From: Marinimicrobium sp.
Lineage (GTDB): Bacteria > Pseudomonadota > Gammaproteobacteria > Pseudomonadales > Cellvibrionaceae
Assembly (NCBI GenBank): GCA_050486405.1
Contig: JBJHDF010000004.1
Coordinates: 118,316-182,315 of the forward strand
Direction of reading: 5' to 3'
DNA: 64,000 nucleotides
The stretch's first letter is position 1; each line of letters opens with the position of its first letter. Positions 20,685-28,238 of the stretch are shown piece by piece. A program made the translations under genes and the position numbers. The notes beneath the pieces were generated by a model. The model had not been told where the DNA came from. It searched no databases and saw only the letters and a list, made by a program, of their open reading frames with translations.

Positions 20685-21776
20685 ATGGGCTTCAACTGCG
20701 GCATCGTCGGCCTGCCCAACGTCGGCAAATCCACCCTGTTCAACGCCCTGACCAAGGCGGGCATTGGCGCGGAGAACTTTCCCTTCTGCACCATTGAGCC
20801 CAACGCCGGCGTGGTGGCCCTGCCCGACCCACGGCTGGACGCCCTGTCCGCCATCGTCAAACCGCAGAAGGTGATTCCCACCACCATGGAGTTTGTCGAT
20901 ATCGCCGGACTGGTGGCCGGCGCCTCCAAGGGCGAGGGCCTGGGCAACAAGTTTCTGGCCAATATCCGCGAAACCGACGCCATCGCCCATGTGGTGCGCT
21001 GCTTTGAAGACGACAATGTGATTCACGTGGCCAACACCGTGGACCCGGCGGCGGATATCGAGGTGATCAACACCGAACTGGCCCTGGCGGATCTGGAAAC
21101 CGTGGACAAGGCGCTGTTGCGCTACAGCAAAGCGGCCAAGGGCCAGGACAAGCACGCCATCGTCATGAAGGCTCTGCTGGAAAAAATCCAGCCGCATCTG
21201 GATCAGGCCAAGCCGTTACGCTCCTTCGGTCTGGACAGCGATCAGATGCTGCAGTTGCGCGAACTGAACCTGCTCACGGTCAAGCCCACCATGTACATCG
21301 CCAACGTCAACGAAGACGGCTTTGACAAGAACCCGCACCTGGACCGGGTGCGCGCCATCGCCACCGAGGAAAACGCCGTGGTGGTGCCCATCTGCAACAA
21401 GCTGGAAGCGGAAATCGCCGAACTGGACGACGAAGAGAAGCTGGAGTTTCTGCAGGAAATGGGCATGGACGAACCGGGCCTGGACCGGGTGATCCGTGCC
21501 GGCTATGAGTTATTGGGCCTGCACACCTACTTCACCGCCGGCGTCAAAGAAGTGCGCGCCTGGACCATCCCGGTGGGCGCCACCGCCCCCCAGGCAGCGG
21601 GCAAGATCCACACTGACTTTGAGAAAGGTTTTATCCGCGCCGAAGTGGTGGCCTACGACGACTTTATCGCCCACAAGGGCGAGCAGGGCGCCAAAGATGC
21701 CGGCAAATGGCGCCTGGAAGGCAAGGACTATGTGGTCCAGGACGGCGACGTGGTGCACTTTCGGTTTAACGTCTAG
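20685..21776 (+). CDS. ychF: Ribosome-binding ATPase YchF
   Basis: 363 aa from ATG 20685. [19 protein letters not shown]-loop and a C-terminal TGS-like domain. Confidence 0.94.
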   Translation: MGFNCGIVGLPNVGKSTLFNALTKAGIGAENFPFCTIEPNAGVVALPDPRLDALSAIVKPQKVIPTTMEFVDIAGLVAGASKGEGLGNKFLANIRETDAIAHVVRCFEDDNVIHVANTVDPAADIEVINTELALADLETVDKALLRYSKAAKGQDKHAIVMKALLEKIQPHLDQAKPLRSFGLDSDQMLQLRELNLLTVKPTMYIANVNEDGFDKNPHLDRVRAIATEENAVVVPICNKLEAEIAELDDEEKLEFLQEMGMDEPGLDRVIRAGYELLGLHTYFTAGVKEVRAWTIPVGATAPQAAGKIHTDFEKGFIRAEVVAYDDFIAHKGEQGAKDAGKWRLEGKDYVVQDGDVVHFRFNV

Positions 21777-21809
21777 CGCCCCGGACCACTCGGCTAACGC
21801 TGACTCGGG

Positions 21810-23189
21810 CTAAGGCAGTTCCCTCCAAGGTTCCGCCGCCTGATACGCTGCCAGCCGGCTTTGCAATACATCGGTGGACAAATCCAGCGCTTTCGCATCC
21901 GCCACGGCCTTATTCTGCCAGTTCACAGCGCCTTCAAAGTCACCATTCTCCGCAGCCACAGCGGCTGCGACCTGATAGTAACGCTGTCGGTCATACACTG
22001 ATTCATCGACCCTCTGCCACAACTGGTCAGCCTCGGAGCCATTGCGAATATCCGGATCCGGGTGAGTGGACAGCAACCAGGCCAGACGCAACTGCGCCGC
22101 TGCAAGCTTGTCACTGGCCCGCTCCAGCCAGTAGAGTGCCTTGCGCTCGTCCTTTTCAAAACGCGCCCCACTCAACAACTCCATGGCCAGCATGTACTGG
22201 GACTCCTCAACACCGTTGATGGCTGAACGGAGCAACCACTGGTGGCTGAGTTGAGAGTCCGCCCGGCACTCGTTGCCATACAGTAAGTTTCTGCCCAGGA
22301 AAAATCCAGCCGGGTGAAAGTCCTGTTTGGCGGCGGCGAGATACCACTGGTTGACGTTATCGTCCGGTTCAAACCTGGGATCGTAAGATCGCGCCGCGCT
22401 GAGCATGTAAGCGTAGACATACTGGTCTTGCCCCGCTCCGTCTTCGGCCTTGGCTCTGAGGCGACGCATGTACCTGCGGACCATCAGGTTTCTGTCACCG
22501 TCCTGGGCGTTGTCCATACGAAATATGAAGCGGGTCACTACCCCATAGACTGGAACGGATTGCCCGTCAACCTGTTCGGGCTCGAACTGAAATTGGCGCA
22601 GTGCCTCCAGTGAAACTTCCTTCATGGCATCGTTGCTGCTGTAAAGCGGGCGGTGATCAGCCGTGGTGCCATCCTTTTCAATGGTAAAGAGAATGTCCAC
22701 CCAACCCTCGCGACCCTGCCTGGCCGAACGCCGAGGATACTCCGGTGCAACCGTCCTGATAACTTTAGGCCTGACCAAACCGACATCCGAACCGACAAAC
22801 TCTGGCGTCATATGTTCAAGTAGAGCCTGGTCGCCATAGCGTTGCAACAGCGCCTGGAACGCGGCTTCGGCTTCCGGGTGTTGCTCCTCGGGTATGGCCT
22901 CCAACACCCTCTGATCCAGGCCCTGCTCGGCATAGCCTTCGTCCTGGGCCGCCAGCGCCAGCCAGGCGTAGGCCTGCACCAAATCGCGCGAGACGTGATC
23001 GCCCTGAATATACATGGCGCCAAGGTTGTGCTGGGCCAGATGGTCTCCCACCCGAGCCGCCTGGAGAAACTCCCTGTAGGCCTGCTCCATGGCGCCTTCG
23101 CTATGGTACTGCAAGCCCAACTGGGTATCCGCACTGACACTGCAACAGGCACAGAGGCCAATCAGCAGTATTCCAAATTTTCTCAGCAT
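21810..23189 (-). CDS. Secreted Sel1-repeat protein with an embedded TonB C-terminal-like domain
   Basis: ATG 23189 lies 8 nt after AGGGAG (GTG 23198 is possible). Signal peptide, then Sel1 units (AQHNLGAMYIQG), a central PEYPRRSARQGREGWVDILFTIEKDG segment (TonB_C-like), then more Sel1-like repeats. Confidence 0.65.
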   Translation of the reverse strand: MLRKFGILLIGLCACCSVSADTQLGLQYHSEGAMEQAYREFLQAARVGDHLAQHNLGAMYIQGDHVSRDLVQAYAWLALAAQDEGYAEQGLDQRVLEAIPEEQHPEAEAAFQALLQRYGDQALLEHMTPEFVGSDVGLVRPKVIRTVAPEYPRRSARQGREGWVDILFTIEKDGTTADHRPLYSSNDAMKEVSLEALRQFQFEPEQVDGQSVPVYGVVTRFIFRMDNAQDGDRNLMVRRYMRRLRAKAEDGAGQDQYVYAYMLSAARSYDPRFEPDDNVNQWYLAAAKQDFHPAGFFLGRNLLYGNECRADSQLSHQWLLRSAINGVEESQYMLAMELLSGARFEKDERKALYWLERASDKLAAAQLRLAWLLSTHPDPDIRNGSEADQLWQRVDESVYDRQRYYQVAAAVAAENGDFEGAVNWQNKAVADAKALDLSTDVLQSRLAAYQAAEPWRELP

Positions 23190-23231
23190 AATGCTCACTC
23201 CCTGTCGTTGTTGATGGCGGCCATACGCGCC

Positions 23232-23594
23232 CTATGCGCGAAGGCCTCTAGTGCCCGTAAGCCAGATACCACTGTCGCCGCCCGGGAACTGAACACGGGC
23301 CTCATGACCAAAAGCGCAGTCGTCATCATAGAGGAGGACATCGGCCAGGACGTCGACCCGCCGATCCAGCAGACGCACAAGGACTCGGTCGTTTTCGCTC
23401 AGCGCAAAAGTCAGGCTCAAGTGCCCGGCATCCCCAGCGGGCATCAGCTTCCAGGGGGAATCCCCGGGGTTCAGATGCGCAGCATAGGTGCCGTAGGAAG
23501 TAGGGTGCGAAACACAGCCAAGCAGCGCTGGTGTTAGGGCCACCAACATCAGAAGAATCAACAGAGGTTTCGGAGCGAAGTCTTGCTGTGACAT
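23232..23594 (-). CDS. Small lipoprotein of unknown function
   Basis: 120 aa from ATG 23594. Lipobox PALLGC. Its stop is 42 nt upstream of the Sel1/TonB_C gene start, so the two may form an operon. Confidence 0.55.
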   Translation of the reverse strand: MSQQDFAPKPLLILLMLVALTPALLGCVSHPTSYGTYAAHLNPGDSPWKLMPAGDAGHLSLTFALSENDRVLVRLLDRRVDVLADVLLYDDDCAFGHEARVQFPGGDSGIWLTGTRGLRA

Positions 23595-23688
23595 TTGCAA
23601 ATCCCTGCGGCCTTGCTTTTGCGGCAATAGTGCAAGCTTTTCCGGCTCGCGTCAACCCGTTACGACCGCAGGCACTGGCGGGCTGCTA

Positions 23689-23717
23689 TTGACAATTACC
23701 GCCGCCCTGACCAAAAT
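23689..23717 (+). promoter_or_regulatory. Candidate sigma70 promoter of tRNA-Met
   Basis: TTGACA (23689-23694), 17-nt spacer, CAAAAT (23712-23717), GC-rich discriminator. The tRNA starts at 23732. Confidence 0.4.
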
Positions 23718-23731
23718 ACGCGCCCCATCAT

Positions 23732-23808
23732 GGCAAGGTAGCTCAGCCGGTTAGAGCACAGCACTCATAATGCTGGGGTCGGCGGTTCAAGTCCGCCCCT
23801 TGCTACCA
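23732..23808 (+). tRNA. tRNA-Met, elongator type (anticodon CAT)
   Basis: 77-nt cloverleaf. D-arm AGCTCAGCCGGTTAGAGCA, anticodon loop CTCATAA, T-arm GGCGGTTCAAGTCCGCC, ACCA end. Position 1-72 would be a G-U pair. A CAT anticodon could formally also be Ile2. Confidence 0.85.
23760..23808 (+). repeat. attL (3' 49 nt of the intact tRNA-Met)
   Basis: agcactcataatgctggggtcggcggttcaagtccgccccttgctacca, identical to 29694-29742. Confidence 0.9.
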
Positions 23809-23854
23809 CTATCCAAGGGATTAGCGGGTTAATACTCGCTAACCTCTTCCCTCC

Positions 23855-23897
23855 AGGTAAGCATATGGTAAGCATGGCGCACCGAAAAAGGTAAGCA
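23855..23897 (+). repeat. Arm-type repeat cluster (GGTAAGCA x3) at the left end of the island
   Basis: The 23-mer aggtaagcatatggtaagcatgg (23855-23877) is identical to 29547-29569. One extra aggtaagca copy at 23889-23897. Confidence 0.7.
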
Positions 23898-23919
23898 GTG
23901 CTGCCTGATTGCCAGGCAC

Positions 23920-23942
23920 AAAAAACCCGGCACATGGCCGGG
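23920..23942 (-). terminator. Rho-independent terminator ending the island's leftward operon
   Basis: On the minus strand cccggc-catgt-gccggg followed by TTTTTT, 25 nt after the stop of CDS 23967..24539. Confidence 0.7.
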
Positions 23943-23966
23943 CATTGTCGAGCGGTAAAATCCGGG

Positions 23967-24539
23967 TTATTCGGGCCGGTCAATGCTCGCGGTCGCAATG
24001 TTTGAGTAGCAGCCTGACACCAAAGTCGCCCGGGCAGTCGCCTTCCGCAAATCTGCCAGCAGGGTTGCTGTTTGAGGCGAATGGAGTTGGCCAAAGCCAT
24101 CGGGCCGGTCAGCACCTTTCCCCAGCGTCTGAAATGCCCGATAGGTGACAGCTTCTGACTCGGTGACGGCTGCCGCCAGTATCTCGGCTTCCGCCAGCAC
24201 CTTTGGAACTAGCTTTTCCAACTCAGCCGCTGCGGCCACCGCTTGCTTTCTGGAGGCTTCCCACTCAGGGCGCAGCAGCTCTACAGCCGCCTGTGCTTCC
24301 CTCTGCCGGGCTTCCGGCAACAACCGGCTCAGGGCTTGGCGTTCAGCCTCCAGACGGCGGTGGTGGCGTTCAGCGTCCAACTGGGCAGCCTCCAGGCCAT
24401 CAACGTCGGCACCGCCGGCCATTGCCCCAGCCATCTCGCCAACAAGGTCGCGGCTTTTGAATGCCCGTAGCTCGCCGTCCAGTTCGCTCAGTCGGGCCTG
24501 AATCTGTGCTGCGGATCGTTCTTGAATAGCTGCGTTCAT
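23967..24539 (-). CDS. Island protein, unknown function (Ala/Glu-rich, predicted coiled coil)
   Basis: 190-aa ORF, last gene of the leftward operon. Heptad-like charged sequence (ERHHRRLEAERQALSRLLPEARQREAQAAVELL). No recognisable catalytic motif. Confidence 0.55.
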   Translation of the reverse strand: MNAAIQERSAAQIQARLSELDGELRAFKSRDLVGEMAGAMAGGADVDGLEAAQLDAERHHRRLEAERQALSRLLPEARQREAQAAVELLRPEWEASRKQAVAAAAELEKLVPKVLAEAEILAAAVTESEAVTYRAFQTLGKGADRPDGFGQLHSPQTATLLADLRKATARATLVSGCYSNIATASIDRPE

Positions 24540-24550
24540 GTGTTGCCCCC

Positions 24551-24829
24551 TTAGTCAAAGTCCGGCAGTTCGTCGGACAGCTCGCCATCCGTCATGGTGC
24601 GGGCATTGGCCGCCATTCCGGCCAGGTTGAGTTGCTCACGCTGCTGGTCGTGCTCTGCGGCCCGCTGCTTTTCGCGCTGGGCTTCGGCTTCGGTGCGCTT
24701 CTTTTCGGCGGTTTCCAGTGCGTCCAGGCGCTCGACGAAAGGCGCTAGAGACGCAGAAACTACGCGAACAACGTCATCAGCGTTTAACGCAAGCGTGGAG
24801 CTTGCGACGGAAAAGGTTTGTTTGGTCAT
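24551..24829 (-). CDS. Island protein, unknown function (charged helix, acidic C-terminus)
   Basis: 92-aa ORF, 11 nt upstream of the next gene. KKRTEAEAQREKQRAAEHDQQREQ helix and DGELSDELPDFD tail. Confidence 0.5.
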   Translation of the reverse strand: MTKQTFSVASSTLALNADDVVRVVSASLAPFVERLDALETAEKKRTEAEAQREKQRAAEHDQQREQLNLAGMAANARTMTDGELSDELPDFD

Positions 24830-24862
24830 GGGGATATTTCCTGTTTGAAAAGTGTGGGCCTG

Positions 24863-25069
24863 TCAGGGGTTCTTTATCGGCAAGGTGACTTTGGCGCTTG
24901 CCAAGGATTCGATGGTGGCCGGGATATATTGGCCGGTGGGGGTGCGCTCCAACAATTCACCCGGGGTGCCGTCAGCCTCGACCACTTGCCGGAAGAGTAT
25001 TAGGGGCGCTTCGGGCAGCTTGCGGGCCTCAAGGTCTGCAATACGGCGGCGCAGGGCTTCAGTGTTCAT
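24863..25069 (-). CDS. Island protein, unknown function
   Basis: 68-aa ORF in the operon array, preceded by an SD-like GGAG. No motif recognised. Confidence 0.45.
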   Translation of the reverse strand: MNTEALRRRIADLEARKLPEAPLILFRQVVEADGTPGELLERTPTGQYIPATIESLASAKVTLPIKNP

Positions 25070-25084
25070 ACGGTAAGCTCCGGG

Positions 25085-25390
25085 TCATTCTCTGAGTAAT
25101 CGCTCGTAGTCGGCTGCCGCCTGCTCAACGGTCAAGCCCGGCGGAACTTCAACTTCTTCCGACAGGAGTTGGACGTACTGCTGGACGCGATAGTCAGTAA
25201 GCGCCTTCAATGCCGGTGTTTCGATGCGCGCAATGTAGGACGGGCCAAGCTCTCCGGGCACCAGGTCGGGCGCGGGCTGGCCCAGTTCAATCAGTGCCGC
25301 CCGAATGCGGGCCGGTGATTCGGGGTCAGTAGTTTGCTTTTTCTGCTCAGCCTCAAGAGACGACAGGCGACGACGTAGTGAGTCAATCAT
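25085..25390 (-). CDS. Island protein, unknown function
   Basis: 101-aa ORF. Its ATG overlaps the stop of the DUF5681-like gene (ATGA-type 4-nt overlap at 25387-25390). Confidence 0.5.
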   Translation of the reverse strand: MIDSLRRRLSSLEAEQKKQTTDPESPARIRAALIELGQPAPDLVPGELGPSYIARIETPALKALTDYRVQQYVQLLSEEVEVPPGLTVEQAAADYERLLRE

Positions 25391-25818
25391 GCGGCGGCCC
25401 TCGTGCCCGATGATTGTTCGAGCGCTTCAATGCGGCGGGTCAGTTCGTCAACCTCGGATATGCGCGCAACCTGCCCTAACGCGCCAACAAGTTGTGCCAC
25501 GGAATCAGAAGGTGCTTTTCCCTCAGCGGCTGCGTCAATCAGACGGCGGGATACGCAAGCCAAACCTTCCGCGCCGGTCAAGTCAATATCCAGTGCCACC
25601 GGTTGCGGTTTTAACGGTGGTGCAATGCGGTCAAGACAAATCCGCAGCGCTGCCACGTCGCCAGCCAAGGCCAACTCGACGGCTTTTTCCACAAGCTCGG
25701 CTCCGTGGCGGGAAAGCTGTTTGCGAAGCTCGGCGGACGCACTGCGGGGCCTGCCGTTTGGGTTGCCGCTCACACCTTGCGGGAAGCGGCCTTTTGCGTC
25801 TCGGGTTTTGTCGGTCAT
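25387..25818 (-). CDS. DUF5681-like phage-associated protein (GNPNGRP motif)
   Basis: 143 aa from ATG 25818. N-terminal GRFPQGVSGNPNGRPRSA motif, as I recall it for DUF5681 proteins of phages and satellites. Helical C-terminus. Confidence 0.6.
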   Translation of the reverse strand: MTDKTRDAKGRFPQGVSGNPNGRPRSASAELRKQLSRHGAELVEKAVELALAGDVAALRICLDRIAPPLKPQPVALDIDLTGAEGLACVSRRLIDAAAEGKAPSDSVAQLVGALGQVARISEVDELTRRIEALEQSSGTRAAA

Positions 25819-25860
25819 GCTCCTGTTCCTCACCTGCCTAACAGGTATGTATGCACGTCC

Positions 25861-25889
25861 AGTATAGCACCTGTTTTGCGTACTCTCAA
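25861..25889 (-). promoter_or_regulatory. Strong sigma70-type promoter for the DUF5681-to-190aa module, bracketed by an inverted repeat
   Basis: On the minus strand TTGAGA (25884-25889), 17-nt spacer, TATACT (25861-25866). A 7-bp inverted repeat aacaggt (25840-25846) / acctgtt (25869-25875) spans the -10 and the predicted start site. Confidence 0.55.
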
Positions 25890-25908
25890 CTTTGCCAAAG
25901 TGTGGCCG

Positions 25909-27021
25909 CTATCTGTTTGCACTGTGGTCTGTTCGTGCGTCAGGCAAAGTCCACCAGTAGCGGCTAGCCACCTTGCCGGAACCTTTGCGCTCCAGTTTCA
26001 AAACATCGTCTAGCACCAGCGCGGAGAGTATCTTAGCGGCATCGGTGAAATGCACGTTCACCAGCTCGCCAGCTTGCCGCGCACTAATGAAAAACGGATC
26101 ATCACCATGGTGCTCTGCCAGCCTGCGGCAAACTTTCGCCAATAGAATCGATTGGGGGCCGTACCCCAGGCCATCCACCCCTTGCGGAATGGGGTCGCCC
26201 TCCACCCCGTCAAGAACCCTCGCCATTGTTTCGCCGTGCGGAAACTTAACCTTGTCCCAGCCGCGCAAAAAGTCCCCCCAAGTGACACCGAAGTCTTTTG
26301 TCCCAATAACCGGAAATGCGAGGCTGTGCCATTCCTGAACGATGCTCCGAAGCTCTGCCTTCGTCGCGTTGGGTCTGGTACCCTTTAGGTAACGGGCCAG
26401 CTCGAATAAGCACTTGTTCCGTTGCCCTTCGGATTCAGGCAGAAACTCACCTACAGAAGAGCACGGAAGATTACTGAAGATGACCTCTGTCATCCTCTGT
26501 CCTCCTCTGTTCTCTTCTGTTCTCTTCTGTAGGTCTCGGGACAGGGCCGCAACTCCACACAATGGGGCGAGCGGGCCATTGTCTATCACGTCACCCGTGT
26601 ATGTTATGTACCTCTGGGCGCGGTAAATCTCAATATTCAGTCCCAGATAGCGGCCCTTTTTCCGGGCCAGTTCGTCATTACAGTATCCCCACCCGTGAAG
26701 ACCGCATCCCGAAGGGCTGCGCTCAATGAATCGACAGTTCAGTTCGCGCAGCATGGCCACCGCCTCAGTGCTGGTGCTGTAGTCAATGTCGATGCAGGCC
26801 AGCCCATCCTCGGCAACCAGAACAAAGCCTACTCCGTGGTCGCGAGGCGAGGTAAAGCTATTTCGCGCCTCCTCAAAGCTGCTCCACGTTTTCGGGTTTG
26901 TGCTGGAGGCCGTTATTCGGGGGCTGCTTGCTTGGTAGGGAACCTTTTTCCCTCGCCACAATACCCACCTATGGAGACGCGCTAGTTCCTCGGGGGCGCG
27001 GTCAAAGTCCGGTTTTACCAT
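25909..27021 (-). CDS. Prim-pol type DNA primase/polymerase (replication initiator) with C-terminal wHTH-like domain
   Basis: 370 aa. GVGFVL..DGLACIDIDY (DxD) and SPSGCGLHGWGY motifs typical of bifunctional prim-pol N-terminal domains. No helicase P-loop seen. Confidence 0.75.
   Translation of the reverse strand: MVKPDFDRAPEELARLHRWVLWRGKKVPYQASSPRITASSTNPKTWSSFEEARNSFTSPRDHGVGFVLVAEDGLACIDIDYSTSTEAVAMLRELNCRFIERSPSGCGLHGWGYCNDELARKKGRYLGLNIEIYRAQRYITYTGDVIDNGPLAPLCGVAALSRDLQKRTEENRGGQRMTEVIFSNLPCSSVGEFLPESEGQRNKCLFELARYLKGTRPNATKAELRSIVQEWHSLAFPVIGTKDFGVTWGDFLRGWDKVKFPHGETMARVLDGVEGDPIPQGVDGLGYGPQSILLAKVCRRLAEHHGDDPFFISARQAGELVNVHFTDAAKILSALVLDDVLKLERKGSGKVASRYWWTLPDARTDHSANR
26481..26530. 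repeat. Five tandem 10-bp units (iteron-like) inside the prim-pol gene
   Basis: tgacctctgt / catcctctgt / cctcctctgt / tctcttctgt / tctcttctgt. Exact 10-bp phasing, located in the linker between the two prim-pol domains. Confidence 0.6.
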
Positions 27022-27024
27022 CGG

Positions 27025-27351
27025 TCACACCCCCAATGCGCGTTCCAGCTTGCGGCGGTCACGGGCGCTGGCGTGATATTTTCCGTACCAGCTTGGCCTG
27101 CCGTCTATCGTGACAAACGGAACACGCTCGCAGTACAGCACAACGTTCAACTTGCGGCGCAGGCCCATGACCACATCCGGGGCATTGCTGGCCGGCGCTA
27201 TCCGGTCGGCGCGTTCTCGGGTAACCGGGCCACGCAACAACGCACGGGCAAGGCGGATCTGTCGCTTGCTCAGTACCGGCGTGTTAGAATTCGGGGATCG
27301 AGTTTTTCTTTCTTGGGCCGTCCGTGCGGGGCGGCTTTTTTTTGTTTTCAT
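27025..27351 (-). CDS. Small basic DNA-binding (winged-helix-like) protein
   Basis: 108 aa. Lys/Arg-rich N-terminus, then SKRQIRLARALLRGPVTRERADRIAPASNAPDVVMGLRRK (helix-turn-helix pattern). Overlaps the alpA-like stop by 4 nt. Confidence 0.55.
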   Translation of the reverse strand: MKTKKSRPARTAQERKTRSPNSNTPVLSKRQIRLARALLRGPVTRERADRIAPASNAPDVVMGLRRKLNVVLYCERVPFVTIDGRPSWYGKYHASARDRRKLERALGV

Positions 27352-27575
27352 GCGGCAGTCCCCCGTTCACTTGCGCTGGCCATCGGCTCAGAAAGCCGAC
27401 TCTCTGCCCATGACAGCAAGTCGCCGGGAGTGTAGAGCGACCGGCTTCCAAACTTTCGATAGGTGGGGCCGCCGCCGATGCAGGCCAGCTTCGCCAAAGT
27501 GCCATTGGTGGCCGGGTAGCCGTGCTCGGCTAGGTATGCTGCCGCCTCTCGGCGACTTAGGTAGGTCTCGGTCAT
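27348..27575 (-). CDS. AlpA/excisionase-family (MerR-like HTH_17) DNA-binding protein
   Basis: 75 aa. YLSRREAAAYLAEHGYPATNGTLAKLACIGGGPTYRKFG matches the AlpA/Xis HTH pattern found next to P4-type integrases. Confidence 0.7.
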   Translation of the reverse strand: MTETYLSRREAAAYLAEHGYPATNGTLAKLACIGGGPTYRKFGSRSLYTPGDLLSWAESRLSEPMASASERGTAA

Positions 27576-27647
27576 GCGATTTTCTCCGAAGAAAAGGGAA
27601 ATTAACCAACGGAGAAAATGGTAAATAGGGTTTGACTCCTAGCCGGG

Positions 27648-28238
27648 CTAGCGCCCTTTTTTCCTCGCCTCTCTCAATCTTGTACGGAACCGACTTAATG
27701 TTATATGCCCTTCCTTTCCAGTCTCGTCCTCCGTGTAATGGACCTGCGACTCTCCGGCTTTGGTCTGGCACTCCCTCGGTTCCATCATTGCGGCGTCCAG
27801 CGCACCCCAAAACAGCTCCCAAAGCTCGCCCGGTTTGTGCTCAGTCATCGCTAGGCGGTTGATAATGTCCTCAACATTCTGAATACCGCGCGGCTTCTGC
27901 GCCTTTATGCGCTGCTCAGTGGAATAGTTAAATGCACCCATCTGGTTTGTCGCTATGGCGGCAGCCTCAAGGTCTTGGTAAATTTGCAGCATCAAAATCT
28001 TGAGTTTCTGTGTCAGGCCCTTATTGCAAAAATATCGCGCATCGCCAATGCGGCGGTACGTCTCCTTGAACTCCTCCTGCAAATCCTCGGGCAGCTCACG
28101 GTTAAGCGACTCCTCCCATTCGTCCAGCTTTGCCATGGGGTCGGGCGGCAGCACCGTTTGCTTTGCTTCGGCCTTACGCACAGCGGCCTTTTTTGCCTCA
28201 AGGTATAGAAATTCGGCCATTGCTTTGGGGTCATCCAC
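27648..28238 (-). CDS. Island protein, unknown function, translationally coupled to the integrase
   Basis: 196 aa. Its start overlaps the integrase stop by 8 nt. Locally lower GC than the rest of the island. No recognisable motif. Confidence 0.55.
   Translation of the reverse strand: MDDPKAMAEFLYLEAKKAAVRKAEAKQTVLPPDPMAKLDEWEESLNRELPEDLQEEFKETYRRIGDARYFCNKGLTQKLKILMLQIYQDLEAAAIATNQMGAFNYSTEQRIKAQKPRGIQNVEDIINRLAMTEHKPGELWELFWGALDAAMMEPRECQTKAGESQVHYTEDETGKEGHITLSRFRTRLREARKKGR

Noticed and set aside
24863-25390. The 101-aa / 68-aa gene pair considered as a toxin-antitoxin module.
   Set aside because: The two genes are 15 nt apart but show no recognisable toxin (RelE/PIN/HicA etc.) or antitoxin HTH/RHH motif. 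There is no evidence beyond size.
26481-26530. The 10-bp repeats considered as sequencing or assembly slippage artefact.
   Set aside because: The units differ from each other at several positions and the prim-pol reading frame stays open across them. An artefact is therefore unlikely, though I cannot exclude copy-number error without reads.
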